Assembly: GCF_058153355.1 (NCBI RefSeq)
Contig: NZ_CM177019.1
DNA length: 64,000 nucleotides
Reading direction: 5' to 3' (one strand)
Below are positions 43,571-54,288 of this stretch, piece by piece. Position numbers and translations under genes: made by a program. The notes under the pieces are model-generated. The model was not told the origin of the DNA, did not search any database, and was given only the letters and a program-made list of their open reading frames with translations. Each line of letters begins with the position of its first letter. The first letter of the stretch is position 1.

Positions 43571-43822
43571 TGATTAATTGTGCTCAGTATTTGCCGAAGT
43601 ACAATATATATAATAAATATATAAAACACCTCATATTATTTACAGAGATAATAAATTCGCGTACTTTTCCCTCTTCAGCACAAATGCCTAATAAAATGGC
43701 TCGTTCCGCTCACACTTCCACTTATTAAAATCGCAATTTCCCAATTATGATAACGCCAGCTTTAAATGACGTATTTTGCATGGATTACATATTTACGACA
43801 CAAATGATAAATGGAGATTTAT

Positions 43823-45808
43823 ATGAATAACTCTCGGTTATTCCGTTTGAGCAGGATTGTTATTGCGTTAACTGCCGCCAGCGGCATGATGGTAAATACC
43901 GCTCACGCAACAGATGAAGCGAAAGCCGCCACTCAATATACCCAACAGGTTAATCAGAATTACGCCAAATCATTACCGTTTAGCGATCGTCAGGATTTTG
44001 ACGATGCCCAGCGTGGATTTATCGCTCCGCTGCTGGATGAAGGTATTCTGCGTGATGCGAATGGCAAAATTTACTACCGCGCGGATGATTACAAATTTGA
44101 TATTAATGCCGCTGCGCCGGAAACCGTAAACCCCAGCCTGTGGCGTCAGTCGCAGATCAACGGCATTTCTGGCCTGTTCAAAGTCACCGATAAAATGTAT
44201 CAGGTGCGCGGCCAGGATATCTCTAACATTACATTCGTTGAGGGCGAGAAAGGCATTATTGTTATCGACCCACTGGTGACGCCGCCTGCCGCAAAAGCCG
44301 CACTTGACCTTTACTTCCAGCATCGTCCGCAAAAACCGATTGTTGCTGTTATTTACACCCACAGCCACGCCGACCATTATGGCGGTGTGAAAGGCATTAT
44401 CTCTGAAGCGGATGTTAAATCTGGCAAAGTGCAGGTGATCGCTCCGGCAGGCTTTATGGACGAAGCCATCAGCGAAAACGTGCTGGCGGGTAACATCATG
44501 AGCCGCCGTGCACTTTACTCTTACGGCCTGTTACTGCCGCACAACGCGCAAGGTAACGTGGGCAATGGGCTTGGCGTGACGCTGGCAACGGGCGACCCGA
44601 GCATTATTGCGCCAACCAAAACGATTGTCAGAACTGGCGAGAAGATGGTCATCGACGGTCTGGAGTTTGACTTTCTGATGACTCCGGGTAGCGAAGCTCC
44701 AGCCGAAATGCACTTCTATATTCCGGCCCTGAAAGCCCTGTGTACCGCCGAAAACGCCACGCATACCTTGCACAACTTCTACACCCTGCGCGGCGCGAAA
44801 ACCCGCGACACCAGCAAGTGGACAGAGTATCTGAACGAAACGCTGGATATGTGGGGTAACGACGCGGAAGTACTGTTTATGCCGCACACCTGGCCGGTCT
44901 GGGGCAATAAGCATATCAATGATTATATTGGTAAATATCGCGATACTATCAAATACATTCACGACCAGACCCTGCACCTGGCGAACCAGGGTTACACCAT
45001 GAATGAAATCGGCGACATGATTAAGCTGCCACCTGCGCTTGCCAATAACTGGGCCAGCCGCGGCTATTACGGTTCTGTTAGCCACAACGCCCGTGCAGTG
45101 TATAACTTCTATCTCGGCTATTATGACGGCAATCCAGCTAACCTACATCCGTACGGTCAGGTGGAGATGGGCAAACGTTACGTGAAAGCGCTGGGCGGTT
45201 CCGCCCGTGTCATCAACCTGGCGCAAGAAGCGAACAAGCAAGGGGATTACCGCTGGTCAGCAGAGTTGCTGAAACAGGTGATTGCTGCCAATCCGGGTGA
45301 CCAGGTGGCGAAGAATCTGCAAGCGAATAACTTTGAGCAGTTGGGTTATCAGGCCGAGTCCGCCACCTGGCGCGGTTTCTACCTGACCGGCGCAAAAGAG
45401 CTGCGCGAAGGGGTGCATAAGTTCAGCCACGGCACCACCGGTTCTCCGGACACCCTTCGCGGGATGTCGGTCGAAATGCTGTTCGACTTTATGGCCGTTC
45501 GCCTCGATAGCGCGAAAGCCGCAGGTAAGAATATCAGCCTGAACTTCAATATGAGCAACGGCGATAACCTCAACCTGACGCTGAACGATAGCGTGCTTAA
45601 CTACCGTAAAACGCTGCAACCTGAAGCCAACGCCTCTTTCTACATCAGCCGTGAAGATCTGCACGCCGTGCTGACCGGACAAGCCAAAATGGCCGATCTG
45701 GTGAAAACGAAGAAAGCCAAAATTATTGGCAATGGCGCGAAACTGGAAGAAATTATTGCCTGTCTGGATAATTTTGATTTGTGGGTGAATATCGTAACCC
45801 CAAATTAA
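43823..45808 (+). CDS. yjcS: Alkyl/aryl-sulfatase YjcS (661 aa; metallo-beta-lactamase plus SCP2-like domains)
   Basis: Signal peptide [29 protein letters not shown]; HSHADH motif. Confidence 0.9.
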   Translation: MNNSRLFRLSRIVIALTAASGMMVNTAHATDEAKAATQYTQQVNQNYAKSLPFSDRQDFDDAQRGFIAPLLDEGILRDANGKIYYRADDYKFDINAAAPETVNPSLWRQSQINGISGLFKVTDKMYQVRGQDISNITFVEGEKGIIVIDPLVTPPAAKAALDLYFQHRPQKPIVAVIYTHSHADHYGGVKGIISEADVKSGKVQVIAPAGFMDEAISENVLAGNIMSRRALYSYGLLLPHNAQGNVGNGLGVTLATGDPSIIAPTKTIVRTGEKMVIDGLEFDFLMTPGSEAPAEMHFYIPALKALCTAENATHTLHNFYTLRGAKTRDTSKWTEYLNETLDMWGNDAEVLFMPHTWPVWGNKHINDYIGKYRDTIKYIHDQTLHLANQGYTMNEIGDMIKLPPALANNWASRGYYGSVSHNARAVYNFYLGYYDGNPANLHPYGQVEMGKRYVKALGGSARVINLAQEANKQGDYRWSAELLKQVIAANPGDQVAKNLQANNFEQLGYQAESATWRGFYLTGAKELREGVHKFSHGTTGSPDTLRGMSVEMLFDFMAVRLDSAKAAGKNISLNFNMSNGDNLNLTLNDSVLNYRKTLQPEANASFYISREDLHAVLTGQAKMADLVKTKKAKIIGNGAKLEEIIACLDNFDLWVNIVTPN

Positions 45809-45818
45809 TGCCACTCAC

Positions 45819-45855
45819 TTTTGGGGGCGCTTAAGCCCCCAAAAGCATTTATTTT
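45819..45855 (+). terminator. Rho-independent terminator after yjcS (ttttgggggc-gcttaa-gcccccaaaa then T-rich tail)
   Basis: 10-bp perfect stem with T-rich tail seen in sequence. Confidence 0.7.
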
Positions 45856-46016
45856 AAAAATACATACAACAAATTAATACATAAAATATATAAGTTATGA
45901 ATGCGGTGGCTGAATATAGCTATTTTTATTCATCGAGAAAATAGCCATACTGACGCCTTCAATGGATATTGATATTCACTACAGATATTGTTCGCAGCAG
46001 ACAGGATGTATTTAAT

Positions 46017-46292
46017 ATGCCAACAGTTCTCTCTCGCATGGCGATGCAACTAAAAAAAACAGCCTGGATAATTCCCGTCTTCATGGTTTCGGGATGCTCA
46101 TTATCTCCGGCAATCCCGGTGATCGGCGCTTATTATCCCTGCTGGTTTTTCTGCGCCATTGCCAGCCTTATTTTGACGCTCATCACGAGGCGAATTATTC
46201 AGCGGGCAAATATCAATCTGGCATTTGTCGGAATTATTTATACCGCCCTTTTTGCTCTCTACGCCATGCTGTTCTGGCTGGCATTTTTCTAA
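46017..46292 (+). CDS. ytcA: Small lipoprotein YtcA (91 aa)
   Basis: Lipobox ...MVSGC; start MPTVLSRMAMQLKK chosen inside the longer ORF; directly upstream of mdtN. Confidence 0.8.
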   Translation: MPTVLSRMAMQLKKTAWIIPVFMVSGCSLSPAIPVIGAYYPCWFFCAIASLILTLITRRIIQRANINLAFVGIIYTALFALYAMLFWLAFF

Positions 46293-46310
46293 TCTATTTG
46301 AGACGCGCTC

Positions 46311-47342
46311 ATGGAAAGTACGCCGAAAAAAGCTCCTCGCAGTAAATTCCCTGCTCTGTTAGTGGTTGCGTTGGCGCTGGTTGCCCTTGTTTTCGTTATC
46401 TGGCGCGTAGACAGTGCGCCATCAACTAATGACGCCTACGCGTCAGCAGATACCATTGATGTGGTGCCGGAAGTCAGCGGTCGCATTGTAGAACTGGCGG
46501 TCACCGACAACCAGGCGGTGAAACAGGGCGATTTGCTGTTCCGCATCGACCCGCGCCCGTACGAAGCCAATCTGGCGAAAGCCGAAGCCTCCCTCGCGGC
46601 GCTGGATAAGCAAATTATGCTCACCCAGCGTAGCGTTGACGCACAACAGTTTGGTGCCGACTCGGTTAATGCCACGGTAGAAAAAGCCCGTGCCGCCGCG
46701 AAACAGGCCAGTGATACATTACGCCGCACCGAGCCATTACTGAAAGAAGGTTTCGTCTCAGCGGAAGACGTTGACCGCGCAAGAACCGCACAGCGTGCGG
46801 CAGAAGCCGATCTTAACGCCGTATTGTTACAGGCGCAGTCAGCCGCCAGCGCTGTCAGCGGCGTTGATGCACTCGTTGCCCAACGTGCAGCTGTTGAAGC
46901 GGATATCGCCCTGACCAAGTTGCATCTGGAAATGGCAACCGTTCGCGCGCCGTTTGATGGCCGAGTCATTTCCCTCAGAACTTCGGTTGGGCAATTTGCT
47001 TCTGCCATGCGCCCTATTTTCACCCTAATCGACACCCGTCACTGGTACGTGATCGCCAACTTCCGCGAAACCGATCTGAAAAATATTCGCTCGGGTACAC
47101 CCGCAACGATTCGCCTGATGAGCGACAGCGGCAAAACCTTTGCAGGTAAAGTGGATTCGATTGGCTACGGCGTGCTACCGGATGACGGCGGCCTGGTACT
47201 GGGCGGCCTGCCGAAAGTGTCTCGTTCTATTAACTGGGTCCGCGTTGCCCAGCGTTTTCCGGTCAAAATCATGGTTGAAAAACCTGACCCGGAAATGTTC
47301 CGCATCGGCGCTTCGGCAGTCGCTAATCTTGAGCCGCAATAA
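46311..47342 (+). CDS. mdtN: Multidrug efflux membrane fusion protein MdtN
   Basis: HlyD/EmrA-like periplasmic adaptor with single N-terminal TM segment. Confidence 0.9.
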   Translation: MESTPKKAPRSKFPALLVVALALVALVFVIWRVDSAPSTNDAYASADTIDVVPEVSGRIVELAVTDNQAVKQGDLLFRIDPRPYEANLAKAEASLAALDKQIMLTQRSVDAQQFGADSVNATVEKARAAAKQASDTLRRTEPLLKEGFVSAEDVDRARTAQRAAEADLNAVLLQAQSAASAVSGVDALVAQRAAVEADIALTKLHLEMATVRAPFDGRVISLRTSVGQFASAMRPIFTLIDTRHWYVIANFRETDLKNIRSGTPATIRLMSDSGKTFAGKVDSIGYGVLPDDGGLVLGGLPKVSRSINWVRVAQRFPVKIMVEKPDPEMFRIGASAVANLEPQ

Positions 47343-49393
47343 TGAGCGCGCTCAACTCCCTGCCATTACCGGTGGTCAGGCTGCTGGCGTTCTTTCATGA
47401 AGAGTTAAGCGAGCGGCGACCAGGCCGCGTGCCGCAGACTATGCAACTCTGGGTAGGCTGCTTGCTGGTGATTCTGATCTCGATGACTTTTGAGATCCCT
47501 TTTGTGGCGTTATCACTGGCAGTGCTGTTTTACGGTATTCAGTCGAACGCGTTTTACACCAAATTTGTCGCGATCTTGTTTGTGGTCGCCACGATGCTGG
47601 AAATCGCCAGCCTGTTTTTGATCTACAAATGGTCATATGGCGAACCGTTGATCCGATTGATCATTGCCGGACCGATCCTGATGGGCTGTATGTTTTTGAT
47701 GCGCACCCATCGGTTGGGGCTGGTTTTTTTCGCCGTCGCCATTGTCGCCATTTACGGGCAAACCTTCCCCGCCATGCTCGACTATCCGGAAGTGGTCGTG
47801 CGCTTAACCCTGTGGTGTATCGTTGTCGGCCTCTACCCGACGTTATTGATGACGTTAATCGGCGTGCTGTGGTTTCCCAGCCGCGCTATCACGCAGATGC
47901 ATCAGGTGCTTAATGATCGGCTTGATGATGCCATTAGCCACCTGACGGACAGCCTCGCACCGCTACCCGAAACGCGGATTGAAAGAGAGGCGCTGGCGCT
48001 GCAAAAACTCAATGTCTTTTGCCTCGCGGACGATGCCAACTGGCGAACTCAGAGCGCATGGTGGCAAAGCTGCGTGGCAACGGTAACCTACATTTACTCG
48101 ACGCTGAATCGCTACGATCCCACCTCTTTTGCTGATTCTCAGGCAATTATTGAATTTCGGCAAAAATTAGCCTCAGAAATCAACAAACTGCAGCATGCCA
48201 TTGCCGAAGGTCAGTGCTGGCAAAGCGACTGGCGGATCACTGAAAGTGAAGCGATGGCGGCACGGGAATGTAACCTGGAGAATATCTGCCAGACATTGTT
48301 GCAACTGGGTCAGATGGACCCGAATACGCCGCCAACGCCCGCCGCCAAACCGCCATCAATGGTCGCCGATGCTTTTACCAATCCAGACTATATGCGCTAC
48401 GCGGTAAAAACGCTGCTCGCCTGTTTGATCTGTTACACCTTTTACAGCGGCGTGGACTGGGAAGGCATTCACACCTGTATGCTGACCTGCGTGATCGTCG
48501 CTAACCCCAATGTCGGTTCGTCGTACCAGAAGATGGTGTTGCGTTTTGGCGGGGCTTTTTGCGGCGCAATTCTGGCGCTGTTATTCACGTTACTGGTCAT
48601 GCCCTGGCTGGACAATATTGTCGAATTGCTATTTGTGCTGGCACCGATTTTCCTGTTGGGCGCATGGATTGCCACCAGCTCTGAACGCTCTTCTTATATC
48701 GGCACACAGATGGTGGTCACCTTCGCGCTCGCCACGCTCGAAAACGTTTTTGGCCCGGTGTACGACCTGGTGGAAATTCGCGATCGCGCCCTGGGTATCA
48801 TCATTGGTACCGTGGTGTCCGCGGTGATTTACACCTTTGTCTGGCCTGAAAGTGAAGCGCGCACACTGCCGCAAAAACTGGCTGGCGCGCTGGGTATGTT
48901 GAGTAAAGTAATGCGGATCCCACGCCAGCAGGAAGTCACGGCTCTGCGCACTTATCTGCAAATTCGTATAGGTCTGCATGCGGCGTTTAATGCCTGTGAA
49001 GAGATGTGCCAACGCGTGGCGCTGGAGCGTCAACTGGACAGCGAAGAACGCGCGTTACTGATTGAACGTTCGCAAACGGTTATTCGTCAGGGCCGCGATA
49101 TTCTTCACGCCTGGGATGCAACCTGGAACTCGGCGCAGGCGCTGGATAACGCACTACAGCCGGACAGAGCAGGCCTGTTTGCCGACGCACTGGAGAAATA
49201 CGCCGCCGGCCTGGCAAGCGCATTCAGTCGTTCTCCTCAAATAACGCTTGAAGAAACACCCGCCTCGCAGGCCATTCTGCCGACCTTATTAAAACAGGAG
49301 CAACACGTCTGCCAGCTTTTCGCCCGCTTGCCAGACTGGACAGCCCCGGCATTAACGCCCGCCACGGAACAGGCACAAGGAGCCACGCAATGA
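47342..49393 (+). CDS. mdtO: Multidrug efflux inner membrane component MdtO
   Basis: Large polytopic membrane protein translationally coupled to mdtN and mdtP. Confidence 0.9.
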   Translation: MSALNSLPLPVVRLLAFFHEELSERRPGRVPQTMQLWVGCLLVILISMTFEIPFVALSLAVLFYGIQSNAFYTKFVAILFVVATMLEIASLFLIYKWSYGEPLIRLIIAGPILMGCMFLMRTHRLGLVFFAVAIVAIYGQTFPAMLDYPEVVVRLTLWCIVVGLYPTLLMTLIGVLWFPSRAITQMHQVLNDRLDDAISHLTDSLAPLPETRIEREALALQKLNVFCLADDANWRTQSAWWQSCVATVTYIYSTLNRYDPTSFADSQAIIEFRQKLASEINKLQHAIAEGQCWQSDWRITESEAMAARECNLENICQTLLQLGQMDPNTPPTPAAKPPSMVADAFTNPDYMRYAVKTLLACLICYTFYSGVDWEGIHTCMLTCVIVANPNVGSSYQKMVLRFGGAFCGAILALLFTLLVMPWLDNIVELLFVLAPIFLLGAWIATSSERSSYIGTQMVVTFALATLENVFGPVYDLVEIRDRALGIIIGTVVSAVIYTFVWPESEARTLPQKLAGALGMLSKVMRIPRQQEVTALRTYLQIRIGLHAAFNACEEMCQRVALERQLDSEERALLIERSQTVIRQGRDILHAWDATWNSAQALDNALQPDRAGLFADALEKYAAGLASAFSRSPQITLEETPASQAILPTLLKQEQHVCQLFARLPDWTAPALTPATEQAQGATQ

Positions 49394-50856
49394 TCAATCG
49401 TCAACTTTCACGCCTGCTGTTGTGCAGCATTCTCGGCAGCACGACGCTGATTTCGGGCTGTGCCCTGGTACGTAAGGATTCTGCCCCGCATCAACAGCTC
49501 AAACCGGAACAAATCAAACTGGCCGATGATATTCATCTTGCCAGCTCCGGTTGGCCGCAGGCGCAGTGGTGGAAACAACTCAATGACCCGCAGTTGGATG
49601 CTTTGATCCAACGGACGCTAAGTGGTTCACACACCCTCGCCGAAGCGAAACTGCGGGAAGAAAAAGCGCAGTCGCAGGCCGATTTGTTAGATGCCGGTTC
49701 ACAATTACAGGTCGCAGCGTTAGGGATGCTCAACCGCCAACGTGTCTCGGCGAACGGCTTTTTAAGCCCTTATGCTATGGATGCGCCAGCACTGGGTATG
49801 GACGGGCCGTACTATACGGAAGCCACAGTCGGTTTGTTTGCCGGACTGGATCTTGATTTGTGGGGTGTGCATCGCTCAGCGGTTGCCGCCGCCATTGGCG
49901 CGCATAATGCAGCGCTGGCAGAAACCGCAGCAGTAGAGCTATCGCTGACCACGGGCGTAGCGCAGCTTTATTACAGTATGCAGGCCAGCTATCAGATGCT
50001 CGATCTGTTAGAACAAACACGCGATGTTATTGATTACGCGGTGAAAGCGCATCAGAGTAAAGTGGCGCACGGTCTGGAAGCGCAAGTGCCTTTCCACGGC
50101 GCGCGGGCACAGATTCTGGCGGTCGATAAACAAATTGCTACCGTTAAAGGGCAAATCACCGAAACGCGAGAATCTCTGCGCGCATTAATGGGTGCTGGAG
50201 CCAGCGATATGCCGGAGATCAAACCGGTGGCATTACCGCAAGTCCAGACCGGTATTCCGGCGACACTCTCTTATGAGTTGCTCGCCAGACGCCCGGATCT
50301 GCAAGCCATGCGCTGGTATGTTCAGGCGTCATTAGATCAGGTGGATTCCGCGCGGGCGCTGTTCTATCCGAGCTTTGATATCAAAGCGTTTTTCGGCCTG
50401 GATTCTATCCACCTGGATACCTTATTCAAAAAAACCAGTCGCCAGTTCAACTTCATTCCTGGTCTGAAATTGCCGCTGTTTGACGGTGGACGGTTGAATG
50501 CCAATCTCGAAGGCACGCGCGCCGCCAGCAACATGATGATTGAACGTTACAACCAGTCAGTGCTGAATGCGGTGCGCGACGTTGCCGTCAACGGCACGCG
50601 TCTGCAAACGCTCAACGACGAGCGAGAGATGCAGGCTGAACGCGTGGAAGCAACGCGCTTCACCCAGCGCGCTGCCGACGCCGCCTACCAACGAGGCTTA
50701 ACCAGTCGCTTACAGGCCACCGAAGCCCAGTTGCCGGTGCTTGCCGAAGAGATGTCATTACTGATGCTGGACAGCCGCCGGGTGATCCAAAGCATTCAGT
50801 TGATGAAATCGCTGGGTGGCGGGTATCAGGCAGGTCCGGTCGTCGAGAAAAAATAA
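49390..50856 (+). CDS. mdtP: Outer membrane efflux channel MdtP (TolC family lipoprotein)
   Basis: Lipobox LISGCA; OMF family. Confidence 0.9.
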   Translation: MINRQLSRLLLCSILGSTTLISGCALVRKDSAPHQQLKPEQIKLADDIHLASSGWPQAQWWKQLNDPQLDALIQRTLSGSHTLAEAKLREEKAQSQADLLDAGSQLQVAALGMLNRQRVSANGFLSPYAMDAPALGMDGPYYTEATVGLFAGLDLDLWGVHRSAVAAAIGAHNAALAETAAVELSLTTGVAQLYYSMQASYQMLDLLEQTRDVIDYAVKAHQSKVAHGLEAQVPFHGARAQILAVDKQIATVKGQITETRESLRALMGAGASDMPEIKPVALPQVQTGIPATLSYELLARRPDLQAMRWYVQASLDQVDSARALFYPSFDIKAFFGLDSIHLDTLFKKTSRQFNFIPGLKLPLFDGGRLNANLEGTRAASNMMIERYNQSVLNAVRDVAVNGTRLQTLNDEREMQAERVEATRFTQRAADAAYQRGLTSRLQATEAQLPVLAEEMSLLMLDSRRVIQSIQLMKSLGGGYQAGPVVEKK

Positions 50857-50864
50857 AATGTCAG

Positions 50865-50898
50865 CCGCGTGATGGCTGTCACGCGGTATTTCGTTTCG
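50865..50898 (+). terminator. Stem-loop ccgcgtga-tggctg-tcacgcgg then T-rich tail, after mdtP
   Basis: 8-bp stem followed by tatttcgtttcg. Confidence 0.55.
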
Positions 50899-51053
50899 TC
50901 ACGTCAAAACTGACGACAGCCTGTTTTTCGTCAGAGTTTTGAATAAATAGTGCCCGTAATATCAGGGAATGACCCCAAATAAAATGTGGCATAAAAGATG
51001 CATACTGTAGTCGAGAGCGCGTATGCGTGATTTGATTAACTGGAGCGAGACCG

Positions 51054-53201
51054 ATGAAAAAAGTCGTCACGGTTTGCCCCTATTGCGCATCAGGTTGCAA
51101 AATCAACCTGGTCGTCGATAACGGCAAAATCGTCCGGGCGGAGGCAGCGCAGGGCAAAACCAACCAGGGTACCCTGTGTCTGAAGGGGTATTATGGCTGG
51201 GATTTCATTAACGATACCCAGATCCTGACCCCGCGCCTGAAAACCCCCATGATTCGTCGCCAGCGTGGCGGCAAACTCGAACCTGTTTCCTGGGATGAGG
51301 CACTGAATTACGTTGCCGAGCGCCTGAGCGCCATCAAAGAGAAGTACGGTCCGGATGCCATCCAGACGACCGGCTCCTCGCGTGGTACGGGTAACGAAAC
51401 CAACTATGTAATGCAAAAATTTGCGCGCGCCGTTATTGGTACCAATAACGTTGACTGCTGCGCTCGCGTCTGACACGGCCCATCGGTTGCAGGTCTGCAC
51501 CAATCGGTCGGTAATGGCGCAATGAGCAATGCTATTAACGAAATTGATAATACCGATTTAGTGTTCGTTTTCGGGTACAACCCGGCGGATTCCCACCCTA
51601 TCGTGGCGAATCACGTAATTAACGCTAAACGTAACGGGGCGAAAATTATCGTCTGCGATCCGCGCAAAATTGAAACCGCGCGCATTGCTGACATGCACAT
51701 TGCACTGAAAAACGGCTCGAATATCGCGCTGTTGAATGCGATGGGCCATGTCATTATTGAAGAAAATCTGTACGACAAAGCGTTCGTCGCTTCCCGTACA
51801 GAAGGCTTTGAAGAGTATCGTAAAATCGTTGAAGGCTACACGCCGGAGTCGGTTGAAGATATCACCGGCGTCAGCGCCAGTGAGATTCGTCAGGCGGCGC
51901 GGATGTATGCCCAGGCGAAAAGCGCCGCCATCCTGTGGGGCATGGGTGTAACCCAGTTCTACCAGGGCGTGGAAACCGTGCGTTCTCTGACCAGCCTCGC
52001 GATGCTGACTGGTAACCTCGGTAAGCCGCATGCGGGTGTAAACCCGGTTCGTGGTCAAAACAACGTGCAGGGGGCCTGCGATATGGGCGCACTGCCAGAT
52101 ACTTACCCTGGCTACCAGTATGTGAAAGATCCGGCTAACCGCGAGAAATTCGCCAAAGCCTGGGGTGTAGAGAGTCTGCCTGCTCATACCGGTTATCGCA
52201 TCAGCGAGCTGCCGCACCGCGCAGCGCATGGTGAAGTGCGTGCCGCGTACATTATGGGCGAAGATCCGCTACAAACTGACGCGGAGCTGTCGGCAGTACG
52301 TAAAGCCTTTGAAGATCTGGAACTGGTCATCGTTCAGGACATCTTTATGACCAAAACCGCGTCGGCGGCGGATGTCATTTTACCGTCAACGTCGTGGGGC
52401 GAGCATGAAGGCGTGTTTACTGCGGCTGACCGTGGCTTCCAGCGTTTCTTCAAAGCAGTTGAACCGAAATGGGATCTGAAAACGGACTGGCAGATTATCA
52501 GTGAAATCGCCACCCGTATGGGTTATCCGATGCACTACAACAACACCCAGGAGATCTGGGATGAGTTGCGTCATCTGTGCCCGGATTTCTACGGTGCGAC
52601 TTACGAGAAAATGGGCGAACTGGGCTTCATTCAGTGGCCTTGTCGCGATACTTCAGATGCCGATCAGGGGACTTCTTATCTGTTTAAAGAGAAGTTTGAT
52701 ACTCCGAACGGTCTGGCGCAGTTCTTCACCTGCGACTGGGTAGCGCCAATCGACAAACTCACCGACGAGTATCCGATGGTACTGTCAACGGTGCGTGAAG
52801 TCGGTCACTACTCTTGCCGTTCGATGACCGGTAACTGTGCGGCACTGGCGGCGCTGGCTGATGAACCTGGCTACGCACAAATCAATACCGAAGACGCCAA
52901 ACGTCTGGGTATTGAAGATGAGGCATTGGTTTGGGTGCACTCGCGTAAAGGCAAAATTATCACCCGTGCGCAGGTCAGCGATCGTCCGAACAAAGGGGCG
53001 ATTTACATGACCTACCAGTGGTGGATTGGTGCCTGTAACGAGCTGGTTACCGAAAACTTAAGCCCGATTACGAAAACGCCGGAATACAAATACTGCGCCG
53101 TGCGCGTCGAGCCGATCGCCGATCAGCGCGCCGCCGAGCAGTACGTGATTGACGAGTACAACAAGTTGAAAACTCGCCTGCGCGAAGCGGCATTGGCGTA
53201 A
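51054..53201 (+). CDS. fdhF: Formate dehydrogenase H, selenopolypeptide FdhF (715 aa) with in-frame UGA (Sec140) at 51471-51473
   Basis: The two ORF-track pieces (51054-51473, 51522-53201) are in the same frame, separated only by TGA; N-terminal Cys cluster CPYCASGC; Mo-bisPGD enzyme family. Confidence 0.92.
51471..51520 (+). promoter_or_regulatory. Selenocysteine insertion stem-loop immediately 3' of the fdhF UGA
   Basis: Sequence TGACACGGCCCATCGGTTGCAGGTCTGCACCAATCGGTCGG matches the fdhF SelB-binding hairpin as I recall it. Confidence 0.8.
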
Positions 53202-53214
53202 TACAGTCCTTTCT

Positions 53215-53244
53215 ACAGCCTCCTGTCGGAGGCTGTTTTTTTAT
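53215..53244 (+). terminator. Rho-independent terminator after fdhF (acagcctcc-tgtc-ggaggctgt then TTTTTTT)
   Basis: 9-bp perfect stem and 7-T run seen in sequence. Confidence 0.8.
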
Positions 53245-53294
53245 CCATTCGAACTCTTTATACTGGTCACTCCCTACCCAATCGTATTATCAAA

Positions 53295-53984
53295 ATGAAA
53301 AAAATTATCGCATTGATGTTGTTTTTGACATTCTTTGCCCATGCGAACGGCTCCGAGCCTGGCAGTCAGTATCTCAAGGCTGCAGAGGCTGGAGACCGAC
53401 GCGCACAATATTTTCTTGCCGACAGCTGGTTTAGCTCCGGCGATTTGAGCAAAGCCGAATATTGGGCACAGAAAGCCGCCGACAGCGGTGATGCTGATGC
53501 CTGCGCGCTGTTGGCGCAGATCAAAATCACCAATCCGGTCAGTCTGGACTATCCACAAGCAAAAGTTCTTGCAGAGAAAGCGGCGCAAGCGGGCAGTAAA
53601 GAAGGTGAAGTGACGCTGGCGCATATTCTGGTGAATACTCAAGCGGGTAAACCGGATTATCCAAAGGCGATTTCGCTGTTAGAAAACGCCTCGGAAGATC
53701 TGGAGAACGACTCCGCCGTCGATGCCCAAATGCTGCTTGGTTTGATTTACGCCAACGGCGTGGGCATTAAGGCCGACGATGACAAGGCAACCTGGTATTT
53801 CAAACGCAGCTCTGCGATTTCACGAACCGGTTATTCCGAGTACTGGGCGGGAATGATGTTCTTAAATGGTGAAGAAGGTTTTATCGAGAAGAACAAACAG
53901 AAGGCGCTGCACTGGCTGAACCTGAGCTGTATGGAAGGGTTTGATACCGGGTGTGAAGAGTTTGAAAAATTAACTAACGGTTAA
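53295..53984 (+). CDS. yjcO: Sel1-repeat periplasmic protein YjcO (229 aa)
   Basis: Signal peptide; Sel1/TPR-like repeats. Confidence 0.88.
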   Translation: MKKIIALMLFLTFFAHANGSEPGSQYLKAAEAGDRRAQYFLADSWFSSGDLSKAEYWAQKAADSGDADACALLAQIKITNPVSLDYPQAKVLAEKAAQAGSKEGEVTLAHILVNTQAGKPDYPKAISLLENASEDLENDSAVDAQMLLGLIYANGVGIKADDDKATWYFKRSSAISRTGYSEYWAGMMFLNGEEGFIEKNKQKALHWLNLSCMEGFDTGCEEFEKLTNG

Positions 53985-53985
53985 T

Positions 53986-54250
53986 GTAGGCCTGATAAGA
54001 CGCGGTAAGCGTCGCATCAGATATTAATGTCGGATGCGGCGTAAACGCCTTATCCGACCTACAAAATCACCCTAAATCAAGCTATTGCGCAGTCTGGCGT
54101 AGGCCTGATAAGACGCGGCAAGCGTCGCATCAGGCATTGATGTCGGATGCGGCGTAAACGCCTTATCCGACCTACAAAATCACGCTAAATCAGGCTATTG
54201 CGCAGTCTGGCGTAGGCCTGATAAGACGCGGCAAGCGTCGCATCAGGCAT
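53986..54250. repeat. Tandem BIME array: about 2.3 copies of a roughly 114-bp unit built from inverted REP pairs
   Basis: Unit gtaggcctgataagacgcggcaagcgtcgcatcag...gtcggatgcggcgtaaacgccttatccgacctacaaaatcac... recurs at about 53986, 54100 and 54213. Confidence 0.9.
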
Positions 54251-54288
54251 CCACACATTGCCGGGTGTATGTCCCCGGCAATCCTCAA

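Noticed and set aside
51054-51473. fdhF looking like a truncated pseudogene (139-codon ORF ending in TGA)
   Set aside because: The downstream ORF is in frame and a selenocysteine insertion stem-loop follows the TGA; this is recoding, not truncation
53986-54250. Possible CRISPR array suggested by regularly spaced palindromic repeats
   Set aside because: The repeats are REP/BIME units with an internal inverted-repeat pair and a period of about 114 bp; no short direct repeats with unique spacers and no cas genes nearby
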